Source: Euglena gracilis (taxonomy: Eukaryota). Taken from it: DNA of 64,000 bases. Positions 13,050 to 24,996 of the stretch are shown here, one piece after another. The stretch is from positions 15,333,805-15,397,804 of the forward strand of contig CP154954.1 of assembly GCA_039621445.1 (NCBI GenBank). Reading direction: 5' to 3'. The notes below the pieces were generated by a model, which worked only from the letters and a program-made list of their open reading frames with translations, was not told the origin of the DNA and did no database searches. Every line of letters begins with the position of its first letter. The first letter of the stretch is position 1. The position numbers were made by a program, and so were the translations under genes.

Positions 13050-16000
13050 ATGGCCCCCCAGCCAGCCAGTTCTGCCGGATTCTACTGGCCTGCAACCTTC
13101 CCACCTCAGCAAAATAAACCGGACAACCCCCAGGTTCCGTCTCCGCTGACCGGAAGAAACCACCCAACGTCGGCCAAACAAATAAAAGTGCTGGTGCCAT
13201 ACGTTTCTGCGAAAGACAGCACACAGCCTACCCTACCACCATCGGGAGGGGCAGGCCGAGGTCGGTCTTTACTGACCTGCGGGGACATTGAGAGTAACCC
13301 CGGGCCTCCTAGAACCCCACCATCTGTTCCGGGTGAAGATTTGACATGGCGCCAGCATCACAAACCTCAACCACTCCTACTGCACCGCCGCCCGCAGAGC
13401 ACCCATCGGTGTCGGGTGAGGACGTTGACATGGCGCCATTGGAAAGGGGATCTTGGTTCCCAAATCTGCCGGGTCCATTGTTCTTTGGCCAACAAGGCCT
13501 CCCCTCAATGTGCTCCACGGTCATCATGGAGAACCCAATTGGCACACAAGGACCAGGACCCTTCCCCCCGTCAGATGTTGGGGCCATTTGGATGCAAGCA
13601 AATCAGGCGACGCCCTTCCTGAACTTCTCCAACCTCCCTTTGGGTGCCAGCTCTTCATCCTCAGTGGCAACAACCGCAGCAGCATCGTCACTAGCCCTCG
13701 CGGGACCCCCACCAACCTCGGTGGCAACAACCGCAGCAGCATCGTCACCAGCCCCAGCCAGACCCCCACCAACCCCCATTGGCCAAAATCACATTGCCGG
13801 GGTTACGCCATTCTCTGCTCCATGCCCACCCTCCCTTCATCCCACTTTTGAGGAAATTTCTTTTGATGATCGGGGCACCCTTGTATACCTGCCGCGTGGA
13901 GCCCTCCTGAATGTCAATCAAACCTACCTGCAATTGTTGAGGCATTTCAACAGGGAACCTGGCTGGGAAACCCTGCACGCCTTGTGGGCCTTCCCCAAAG
14001 CGGTGCTCTGTCCTTTGCAGCGTGGCGGGCGATCGAACTGGGCGATGTTGGGGAGAAAAATTGCAGAACGAGCTCGCCTGTATCTCACCCGTCCTGTGTT
14101 TGATTCTTGGTTGGACTCCAGTCTCCCACAAAAGCAACAAGGCAGACAGACAAGGCAAAAAACATCACTCGCTGCCAAGGCCACTGAAGAACGGTTCCTT
14201 TCCCGCATTGAAAGCCTTGTTGCCCACGGGGCCATTTCAAAAGCCTGCCGAGAGCTCACCTCTGAGGGGGTTCAGAACAGCAATGACCCAAAAGTGATTC
14301 AAAGGCTGTGTGACCTTCACCCACCAGAGCCTCCACCGCGCATCCCGGTGTCCGACCCTTCCCAAACGATCACCTTTCCTTCGGACCCAGAAAGCACAAA
14401 AGAACGATTGCAAAATTTGCGCAAAGCCATATTCGGGTTCCCAAAGGAATCCGCACCGGGTCCCTCTGGCCTGAGACCTGACCACCTCAAGGAGGGGCTT
14501 GTGGAGATGACCTCCTCGAAGGGCTTGATACCTTCATCTGTCGGGCAATTACAAACGGTGTTCACCCCGGCATGGCCCCAATTCTTTCCTCAGCCAGGTT
14601 GACACCTCTGCGAAAACAGAACAAACAAACAGCAATGGAAGAGGATGCTTTTGGAAACCTTGTGGAGAACACGGTGTGTGATGAAGACACTCGCCCAATC
14701 GCAGCAGGTGAAACCCTTCGCCGATTGGTTGGCAAATGCCTCATGCGTCATCCAACAGTGGTGAACGTTTTGAAAGAACTGAGTCCTCCACAATGTGGCG
14801 TTGGTGTGCCGAATGCTTGTCCACTGATCGCAATGGGAATCTAACAAATGGTGGACACTTTGCACTCAGACAGAGACAATCGCTGGGGGCTGCTTCAAGT
14901 GGATTTCAGGAATGCCTTCAACTCTTTGTCACGGGAAAAAATCCTGCAATCCATCCGTAGACAATGCCCAGAAGTGTGCCCTTGGCTGGATTCGTGCTAC
15001 GCCCAACACAGCAAGCTGTATTGTGGAAACCATTGTCTGCCTTCCCAGAGGGGGGCTCAGCAAGGCGACCCATGTGGACCAGCAGCTTTCGCCTGGGGAG
15101 TGCAAGACCTTTGTGAGGGCCTCTCACCGTTGGTCGAATGGCAGGGATGGTACTTGGATGACGCCCATCTGCTGGGATCGCCAGCCCAACTGCACAATGC
15201 CCTTGCCTTCCTGATTCGCGAGGCAGCCACGCTTGGGTTGGCCGTAAACCCTGCAAAATGTCGATTGTGGGGACCAGCGTTCACATCAACAGAAGGCATC
15301 CCTTGCATTCCCCCTGGCACGCCACACGACAGCCCCTTACATCAAATACCACTGACCGCCTTTGTTGCTGGTTCTGGTTTGAAAGTTTTGGGGGTCCCTG
15401 TCCACCACCTCCAAGATGACCGCTTCTGTGACGAAGTTTGGAATAAGCGCATTGCAGACATCCGACGTTCTTGCACAGTACTTCAGCACCTACCTCAATC
15501 GCATGTGCAATTCACCTTGCTTCGTTTTTGTTTATCTGCTTGCAAAGTGAATGACCTCTTGCGCGCCTGCAAAATCACCTCTGCAACAGCGGCATGCAAG
15601 ACATTGTCGGGAATTATTCGGGAAACATTCAGTGGCATGGTCGGCTCCCCTTGCACTCCAGAAGAATGGTTGCAAGTTTCCCTGGCCATCAGATGCGGTG
15701 GACTGGGGATCTCGGATCCACTATTTCAACGTGTGCCAGCTAGATTGTCTCAAGTGGTGGACTTCTGTCGAAGAGCTCCCTCTGTCTTGGGCCTGCCCGC
15801 TGCCTTGGACATCCTTCCCAAAGACACTGATGATTGTTTACGGACAGCCCTCAATGAACTTGGTCAAATAGCCCCACTGCCACAATGGGCCACTGACAAA
15901 AATTTGATCCCTCAGGCACAGTCTCCACACAATTCACAACGTTGGTGGAATCAGCAGAGCATGCTTGCCCGCCAGAAAACACTTCGGGACACATTGAATG

Positions 16001-16770
16001 GACCTGATGCTGTACGCTTTGCAAGCCAATGCCAACCACACGCTATGGCATGGGCCGCTTTGACACCATCTCAAGGACTCCGCACCCTGTTGCCCACGGC
16101 TGAATTCCGCTGCACACTTCGTTGGTCCCTTGGAATGACTCTCACACCAATGGAATCCGATCCCAACCTCTGTCCCAAATGCTTTGGACAATCAGATTTT
16201 CTCGGACACCACCTCGTTTGCTGCAAATCAAACTTCATCACCCGGCGGCACGGGGCGGTACAAGATTTTCTGACAACCACAACACAGAAGGCAGGATTCA
16301 CAGCCCGTAAAGAACAACGAGCTGATGACCGTTCCCGGCCTGGGGATATCTTCATTCCTCGCTTGGACAGTGATGGACCCGTTGCAGTGGATGTGACAAT
16401 CCGCCACACCCTTGCGCAAAGTCATCCGCTGCGAAGTGCAGAGAGCCTTTCACAATGGCAAACACGTCAGGAGGCTGAAAAGCATGCCAAATATGATGCA
16501 ACATGCCAACGACTGGGCTGGCGGTTGACGCCATTCGTCATGGATTGCTATGGGGGCATGGGACAAGAAGCGCGCTCCTTAATGGCCACCCTCCTCAAGG
16601 CCCTTCTGGGGCAGCGGGAAGGGTGGCAGCGGCGGGCCGCAGAAGCAGACATTTGGCAAGGCCTGTCCTTCACACTTATCAGAGAAATCAGCACACAGCT
16701 CGTTTGGAGCTTGTATTCTTCCAAAGATGAGATCACCCTGTCTTCTGCCCACTCACCCTATTCTGTCTGA
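13050..16770 (+). pseudogene. Retroelement polyprotein: leader - 2A - Pro/Thr-rich spacer - RT - CCHC knuckle - restriction-like endonuclease; 2 frameshifts (~13340, ~14495) and in-frame TAA (14842-14844)
   Basis: Motifs FPKESAPGPSGLRPDHLKE, RPIAAGETLRRLVGK, QCGVG, LQVDFRNAFNSLSR, GAQQGDPCGP, WYLDD, GLKVLGVP, LAIRCGGLGI, CPKC..HLVCC, RRHGAV, RPGDI..AVDVTI, EAEKHAKY and PFVMDCYGGMG occur in the order typical of CRE/SLACS-like elements. ATG 13050 is the candidate start. Confidence 0.9.
13254..13307 (+). other. 2A-like (StopGo) ribosomal skipping peptide GRGRSLLTCGDIESNPG|P
   Basis: Exact D(V/I)ExNPGP consensus, with upstream context close to T2A (EGRGSLLTCGDVEENPGP). Confidence 0.9.
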
Positions 16771-16910
16771 AGGCCTTTGAGCACAAACTCTCAACCAAAT
16801 AACCAACCTTGAAATCTCACCTGCCAAGTTTTTAACCCGTAGTTACCCCCTGAGCTGAGCAGAGCCACACGCCGAGCCAAAGACAAATCCATGGGTCACA
16901 TATCACATAC

Positions 16911-17351
16911 ACACGCAGAGAAGCAAACCACAACAAAAGCCAAAACCCGACACAAACACGCCATCCTGTGGCAAAAGCGGTACAAACGCCCCCCTCCCCG
17001 CCCAATACCATGCCCCCCCCCATATTGTACCCCCCCCCTGGGAGCCATTTTCTGGGGGGGAGGTACATTATGGGGGGGGGTACAATATGGGGGGCGGCCA
17101 AGGTCATGGTCCATGGTGGGGGGGTACCCCGTGGGGGGGGGTACATTATGGGGGGGGGTACAATATGGGGGGGGGGCATGGTATATATTGAAGGTGACCT
17201 TTGCTCATCTTCCGCTAACCACTGACCTCCACAACAAGTATCACTCAGCTCCTTTGTACATTACACCCACAGTATAATGTACCCGCGACCTGTGGCGGCA
17301 CAGGGAGTCACAAGGGGGTTCCTCTTGTGGCGAGGGCCAAAAGAGACGTTT
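16911..17351 (+). repeat. Right inverted-repeat arm / 3' UTR, interrupted by a MITE
   Basis: CAGAGAAGCAAA...CGAGGGCCAAAAGAGACGTTT; reverse complement of the left arm. Confidence 0.92.
17008..17181. mobile_element. TA-flanked MITE (CCATGCCC...GGGCATGG) inserted in the right arm
   Basis: ~30-bp TIRs and TA on both sides; the equivalent empty site is visible in the left arm. Confidence 0.9.
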
Positions 17352-19565
17352 CCCTGGGCCCGGGGCACGGTTTGGGTGAAGCTGTGCTACCCGCCGTGAA
17401 GGTGTCTATTTTTATTTTTATCGCTTTTCTGCTTGTTTTTTTCCCCGACATGTCACATGGCTGAGACCCCTGGCGGGGTTCGTTACAAGCTGGGATTATC
17501 AAGTACAAGTTGTCAAGTTTCAAGTTCAAGTACAACTTATTAGTCCAAGTACTAGAAGCTTTGGTAGGCGCGTGATGGGCCAAACGGATGGAAAAGGCCC
17601 TGTCTCTTCCTCGCCCGTGGATCGATGGCCCGTGCTGACGCACGGGCCGGATGGCCCTATCCGAGGGCTACATTTATAATCCAGCCCCGTCCCCCAGTTC
17701 CAAAAATGTGCATTTTTGTTGGCTGATTTGTTGGCTGGGCTTGGCCGGCCAATTCCCTTGCTTAATTCAATATTGCTTCAACAGCATCCCTCTGAGATAT
17801 GTACCCCCCCCCCCGTAGCTGAGCGCGGCGGCGCGTGCTCACGCACGAGCCTTGTGTGTTGCCGCAAAAATATCAAGCAGCGCAGCTCCACAAAATTCCA
17901 AGGAAATGGGGCGGCGGGGCAGAAAGGGCTCGTGGAACCAAAAAGAGCCCTTTTTTTGAAATTGCTGCCCTCGAAAAACCCTTGCCAGAGCGCGCTAGAG
18001 GGCCTCCAAACCACACCCATTCAGAGATATGCCACCCCCCCTTCGAGAAGTGGCACGGGCCAACATTCGTTGGCAAGCGGCCTTTTTTCCCTGAAAAAAA
18101 CGCGAAATCTGACCCGAGCACGTCCTGGCACACGGGCCGGAGAGCCCTTGCCGAGGGCTGCATTTACCTCCAAAGCGCGAGCTCCCTGGTGCAATTGGGT
18201 CATTGGGGATTAACTCCCTTTTCCTGATCATATCATGCACACCCATTGCGAGATATGAATCCCCCCTTGTGGCTTGGAGGATGGGAAGCACGGTACCACA
18301 TCACCAGAAAATGCCTTTTGAAGGACTCGCCCACCCAAAACGGAGTTTATTTTTGGACGCCACCCTTGAAAACCCCTTCCGGAGCACATCATGGCACCCC
18401 CAAAGCGCACACATTCCAAAGTACGCGTCACCCGGATCACGAAGCACGGTGCCAAAACACCAGAAAATTCAGCAGTGCCGTCTGAGGAATGCACAGGGTC
18501 GGCAAGCCCAAACGGACGGAATTGGAATCACCGCCCTTGAAAACACCGTGCCAGAGCACGTCAGGGCACCCCCACAGCACACACACTGCAAGGTGTGGCT
18601 CCCCCGTCTGGCTTGGAGGACGGGAGGATGGTGCCGCACCAACAAAAAATTCGCTGCTGCCGCTTGAGGGCTACAGAGGGTCGGCCCCTCAAAACGAAGC
18701 TTTTGGAATCACCGCCACTGAAAACCCCCTCACGGTGCACATTGGGGCACTCCCACGGCATTGACTTGCTGGTTCGGTAGCGGGGTGCCGTGGCGCTGAA
18801 AAATTCACCGCTGCCGTTTGAGGGTTCTAGAGGTCGGCCAACCAAAACGGAGCATATTTTTGGCATCGCCACCCTCAAAAACCCCCCGTCCGAGCAAATA
18901 AAAGCGTACAGCCATACAAGCTGAAGACGCTACAGGCGAATTCTGATGAACAAGTGAAGGACAAGGAAGGCAGGTAAAAAAAAAAACGTTTTGTAACTGC
19001 TGCATTGCAATTTTTTGTAACAAAGCGCCTGTTTTTTTTCTGCTACATTGTTGTGTTTTGCAAATGTGTCTCTCAAATTTCCTGTGTGTGAACCATCTGA
19101 AAAGATTTTGCACCAGTGGCCTGAAAAGGCCCTGGGCCAGCAAAGACCATTTTGCAACGAATTGTTTTTTTGACCGGGAATTTGTTCTGGTGATGCGGTG
19201 TATAATTTGGGAAGGATCTGAATGAGGCGTGTGTGTGGTGGGCATTTGTGTGTGGTTTTGTGCTGTGGTTTGTGTGGAGAGGTGGTTGCCAATTTTCCAC
19301 TCGACTTATTTTCCACCACTGGTCAGTTTGGGGCTGTCACAGGTGACCCAATTTGGTGACGGGGGGGGGGGCTGATAGGTGGTGGCCAGTTTGGTGCCAG
19401 GATGTTTGGCCAGTTTGGTGCCACAGGGCCCGGTAAACGCCAGTCAACCCAGGAAAAAGGGTCCAGCGATGGAACATTTTTCGATGTTTGGAGGCTTTTT
19501 TTTGCACAAAGAAATGCGGGAATGAAAAAGTCAAAAACAGTTTCTATTTTTTCTGCCGCGTCTGT

Positions 19566-19739
19566 CAAGGTTCCCGGGCTGTTTTTAAACACGCTGTTTA
19601 AAACAGGTTTTTTTCCTATTTGTCGTGTTTTATTTTTAAAAAAACACCCTTTTTAAAAAACAAAAAAATGTTTTTAAACCGTTTTTTATTCATGAAAGTT
19701 TTTTTGCTTTGTTTGAAAACAAAAAAAACAGGAACCTTG
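19566..19739. mobile_element. Second copy of the hAT-like MITE (inverted), 8-bp TSD GCGTCTGT
   Basis: TSD at 19558-19565 and 19740-19747. A diverged partial copy lies at ~10300-10425. Confidence 0.88.
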
Positions 19740-19938
19740 GCGTCTGTGAACCGACACGCAAAAAAGGTGAGACGTGCGGGGAGAGCGAGGTAACCCTGGC
19801 GGCAATGGTCCGAAAAATTTTGCCGAAAACAGGGCGACCGGATTTAATTCCCCGACTGGCGGGGGCTCACCGGTTTAAACTCCTTGCGGTTTAATTCCTG
19901 ACGTATTTAATGTACTTGCGGTTTTGCCCGGGCAAGTA

Positions 19939-20134
19939 CCACCCCCCCCCCCTAAATGACCCTATTAATGTTGCTTCAGGACCCCCCAAAGGGTCATCTA
20001 GGGGGGGGGGGGTCATTTAGGGGGGGGATGCTTTTCCCAATGAAAAATGGCTCTGCTCCACGACCCCCCCCCCCCTAGATGACCCCCCCCGGGGGGGTCA
20101 TCTAGGGGGGGGGGTCATTTAGGGGGGGGGGTGG
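19939..20134. mobile_element. TA-flanked MITE (CCACCC...GGGTGG)
   Basis: TIR CCACCCCCCCCCCCTAAATGACCC and its complement; TA on both sides. Confidence 0.8.
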
Positions 20135-23100
20135 TATGCCCTTGTCCTTTTTTTGAGGAAGGAACCGCTGCATTTAGAGTGACGCACCAGGTCTTGCAAA
20201 AAGTGAACTCACCACCCTCGGAAACCCCTCCAGGCCTCATGCATCCCAAATCTGCCAATCTTCCAGCGCCTCCAACTTCGTTGAGGAGGTCGTCGGCAGT
20301 GTGGGCCTCGTCTTTTATCACTCGTTTAAAACATCGTTTTGAATCAGTTTAAAACCGTCGTCGAAAATCAAAAAGACGGGTTTTCGACAGTATAGAAAAA
20401 GACATAGGGGGCTGGACGTCTTGCCGGCTAACGGAGGCCATCCCAGCTTTTGCCATGGGGAGCTTGCTTCACAAAATTCCACTGTGGAAACTACTGGGGG
20501 CACAGTCCGGGAGGTGAGAAAATTTTGCGTTCGCAGTTGGAAGGAGTCCAGCCGAAGCCCTCGTCGTGCTAAAAAAAGGGTGCAAAAATCTTCTTCCCAA
20601 TTCCGCCTCCTTGGGATCCCAGTTTCTTCCGAAAAAGTTTTTTCACCGAACAGCTGTATGGGCTGGGCTGTAGGGGGGGGGGGGGGCTAAAAAAATGGCG
20701 CCGCCAGGAAAGCAGTTGGGGGGGGATGGAACCCCCCAGGATGAGGTGATTCCCGTACAACCCTGCCTAACACTGGGGGGGGGGGGTGCCAGTTTTCAGA
20801 ACGTACTCCAAGAAGAAAGCCTTGTTGACATAAAAATTTCAGGAAAGGCTGGAAACACAAGCAAAAGAGAAAACCAATAAAGAAAGCAAAAAAAGAAAGC
20901 GCAATTTACAACAACAGAGTCCTGTGTTTTTTCTGAAAACACCACAGGACCCTGACAACAGCTGCCAATACCTTCACTTCTTCTTCTTCTTTTGTAACTT
21001 CTTTGACTAAAACTTCACATTAACTTCACATTCCACACGTGGAACCTGTGAGTGGAAGAATCACACATGGATGACGGACAAATGGGACGGAAAAAAAGAA
21101 CATTGGCAAATCTGGCAAAATTCCAGAATGAAGCCACATGTCCTAAAATTAAAAGCACACAATGCCAGGTGAAAACACTCCCAAAACACGGGTCAAAGAC
21201 AGAGTTGCAGCAAGTGTTCTCTGTGAAATGGAAGCAAAAGTTCCTTCAGGTAAAACTCCACCAGAAAACCATATGGACCGCCAGATAATGATAGAAAAAC
21301 AGAACGCACAATAGAAGACCTGCCACACAAGAGGGTGGCAATCAAAATTGTCACCCAGGGGAGCGTATTTTGGAAAAAATGGCAAATTTTTGAAAGTGGT
21401 CCAGATGCACCAGAAAAGACCAGGAGAACAATCCTTCAAAAGTCACCTTCAGGGGGGCAAACCTGCTTCGACGTTCAATAAATCCTGCATCAATGTATTC
21501 CTTATCCATCAGATAGTTTGATTCTGAGTTCCAGACAAAGAAAAACAACGAATTTCAAGGGGAGAGCACACCAGTTTTGCTCCCAATTAGGAAGTCCTTC
21601 CGTCCGCGATCGCCGCGAATGTTTAAAACTGTCGTGTTTTTTTCCCGAAGAAAAAGACGGAAAAAGACGTTTAAGACGGCGTCGAATTGTCGGAATGGTC
21701 TTTTATTCTTAAAAAAGACTTTGGCACCACACTGGTCGTCGGCCAATATGGATACCACATGTCCCACCATGGGAGCTACTTGCAGCACCTGTGAAAATGC
21801 GGAGGGCAGGAGATCGACAGGGTACTGGCACAACGGTAGCCAATATAACTTGAACTTCTCGATTCAACATCTCGTCTCTTCTGTTGACCAAATATCTGTC
21901 CATGGTGGGCCTGGTAAATCCACTGGTCGGTGGATTCGGTTCTCCCCACCACCGCTCCGTTTCCATGGGGATCCTGCTTAAAAAAAAAAAGCCTGGTAAA
22001 AAAGTTAAAAAAGGGCAAACGAGTTGGTCCTGGTGGGTTAGACCATGTACACCTAGGCTTTCAACTGCGGCAGCCGCAGGCTACTCACCCCAGCCCGCCT
22101 TATGGCTTGCACGGACCCTTCTCCCTTTTTTGCTGCAGCCTGGAAGTACAACTCCTTTACACACTGCTGCAGGGGATACCCTCCCTGCTGCCTTGTCGGC
22201 AGTGAGATGAGCACCTTGGACCCAATACTTCCACTTCTCCCCTTCTCCTTCTGGGGTTTCTCCAGGGTGGCGATGGCAGCGCTCAGCTTTCCCAGTGGGA
22301 GCACACAAACGAGTGTTGAAATTGCACTGAGTATGCTGCATCCAATGTGCCTATTGCTGAAGCTGAACTCCGAAACCGATTTGGAAGATGAAATGATTGT
22401 CTTGAGGAGAAGGCAAAGGGAATTGGGGACCCGTGTTGGAATTGGCCAATTTACCACAGCGGCAACGCTTCCGGCCTACCCACTGTTCCAAAGACCCCCA
22501 ACAACTCCAATGGATGACGTTGAATCTGAAGAAGAGATGGGTGGAGATTCCCCCTTTGAACCTGGAAGGGGAAACCCAGGAGAATGCAAGCAGGAGGCAA
22601 GGAGTACCCGAAAACCTGGACCCTGTGGCATTACGAGCTTGCAGGGTCGCGTTCTTCACGTTCTTCACGCTGAAGCAAGGTCGTCGCCAGGGACAGCATC
22701 GCTCAGAGCCTCGTGGTGCATCTCCACAGACTTGACTTCAGTGTTCAAGTTGTTGATCAGCAGACTTCAAGACACCAGTCTCAACACGACCAACAGGTAG
22801 TTTCAATAACAGTACGCATCAATCAATCAATCAATCAATCAAGTACGACACTGATTTCCTGTTCATTACCCTGAAGACAAAGTTCGGGATCTGAAAACAT
22901 GTGGGGTGTTGAGCACCTTTGGCAGCTCAACGATCAAAGTAACCAAACCCAAAGTCCAATTAGTAATATCCCGCCGCGTTCCCAGTCGCGGTCATCTGTA
23001 CCAAAGACACGAACACTTTTTTCGAACACCGTGCGAGCTCGAACAGAGAAATATCGACAAGAGAGTGGTTTGGCTTTAGAATTTCTTGAGTTTAGTACGT

Positions 23101-24429
23101 TCTACATTTCGATACCCCTGGTAGGCAACACGTGCGCAATCTAAATATGGTGCATCTTTTTTGCCTGCACACTCCTCCCATTGGCAGAAATCATCCCATG
23201 CTATTTTGGGTGTATTTTCTATATCGAGAACTGTGTTCCAGACCGGTTCGGGCGGGAAACCTGTGCTTGGGACGCCGGTTTGGGCGGTAGCCCGAACCGG
23301 CGTCCCAGGCACAGGTTTCCCGCCCGAACCAACGTCTGGGACACAGTTTTTGAAACCGTGGCTAGGGGCTCCGGTTTCATGCCCGAACCGGCGGCTAGGG
23401 AATCACGGCCAATTTTGCCCAAAATACCCATGTTTGGGGCAGTTTTGGGCAATTTTGGCTCAAATGGGCGGCCGGTCAAAAATGGCAGATTTCATACTTA
23501 TGAAAGCATGTTACCAATTAATCGAAGCTCTTTTAAAGGGCTTTCGACAGATGGCCACAGGATTCGGCCATGATGCACACAGCGCTTATTTTCAGCGATC
23601 GTGTATTCCAAAATTTAACATCCTAATTTGTCAAATCCCACTGCTCAGGTTGCATATTGCATATCAAACGAAAGGTCTCGCCAACACCTTTCGCTTGGTA
23701 CCCACAGAACTCAGCCAGATTGCAAAGCACCCCCAAAATCAGCGATCGCATTTTTCCGCATTTTTCGGACCCCATTTGCATATCTGAAATTCCACTTTTC
23801 AGCTGCCATGTTGCCCATCGATCGAAAGCTCTTCTCAAGGGCTTTCAGCAGATGGCCTTAGATTTCTGCCATGCTTGCTTGGTATTCTATTTCAGAAATT
23901 CTCCAGAATTGGCCAAAAGGAAATTGTTGCTCAAAAACCCCAATTTTTGGCCCAAGACCAGGCATTGAATATAAAGCGTTTAAAACAGAAACATTTGCCC
24001 TTTGGTTTAAAACACTGATATTTTTCGGGGCATAGTTTTAAACACTTCGCGATTCGCGAAAATGCACATTCCTAATATATCTCACACCCCAGGTGTCACC
24101 GCACATATTTCTGAGTGATTTTCAACGCAAACACAGTGGACCAGTGAAGACCCTTGGTGGAGTTCAAGATACAACTCCAAGGCGAGTTTCAAGTTACACA
24201 AGTACAGTCCCCTGGTGTGTGTCTGGTTTTCAGAAGCTTTTTGCACGTTCAGTGAAGCTGAAGTTCAAGTCAAGTTCAACTGCATCGAGTGCTTCAACAA
24301 TTAAGTGCCAAGTTCACATCCTACCAATGTGTTTGTGTTTTCTGTTTTGTTCTGTCTTCCCTGCAAAAAGTTCCTTTTTTGACATTTTTTGTCAACCCAG
24401 GCACCTGCCTCCCCCAGTTCCGTGCCTCA

Positions 24430-24820
24430 TTTTGGGGGTCACATTTTGGCCCAGAAGGGGGAAACATTTGGGGAACCATTTTGGCTCCAGTTTCCTGGCA
24501 CATTTTGGGGACTGGGCCACAAACCTTGGCCACAGCTGGCACATCTTGGGCACAAATCTTGTCCACAGATGGGGGGGAAGCATTTTGTGTCCAGTTTGAT
24601 TTTGGGCCAGTTTGGTGCAACAGGTGGGCACCATTTTGGTGCCACAGTTTGATGGCACATTTTGGGGACAGTTTGGCACATCTTGGGTGCAGTTTGGTGC
24701 CACAGCTGGGGGCAACATTTTGTTGCCACAAATCTTGGCCACAGTTGGGGGAACCATTTTGGCACCAGTTTCCTGGCACATTTTGGGGATTGGGCCACAA
24801 ACCTGTGGCCCCACTGGCCA
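24430..24820. repeat. Degenerate tandem repeat (TTTGGTGCCACAG / GGCACATTTTGGGG units)
   Basis: Related units inverted at ~25290-25450 and direct at ~19320-19430. Confidence 0.7.
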
Positions 24821-24996
24821 TCCTTCTTGTGTGCTTGGGGAGTGCTAGGAGCATCGTTGGGTGGGGGGGGGTGGGGGTGTACTTTTGTTTTCTAGCCTTG
24901 GCCGCTCTTGGTTCGGTTCACCTCATTTGTTTCTCAGGTTTTTTGTTTATTTTTTTCTGCTCTTTCCTTCCTCTCTTTCGTGGGGCGGAACTTCCT

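Larger units (their letters stand above)
11842..17351 (+). mobile_element. CRE-clade (RLE-type) non-LTR retrotransposon bounded by ~270-bp inverted repeats
   Basis: Internal RT and RLE coding region. 11842-12109 is the reverse complement of 16911-17351 once the MITE at 17008-17181 is removed. Confidence 0.85.

Noticed and set aside
22053-22800. Non-repetitive ORFs on both strands
   Set aside because: No recognisable motif or paired-end intron context; I cannot support a gene call.
23105-23135. TTCGATACCCC/TGGTAGGC as a tRNA T-arm or LTR primer-binding site
   Set aside because: No cloverleaf and no paired LTR found.
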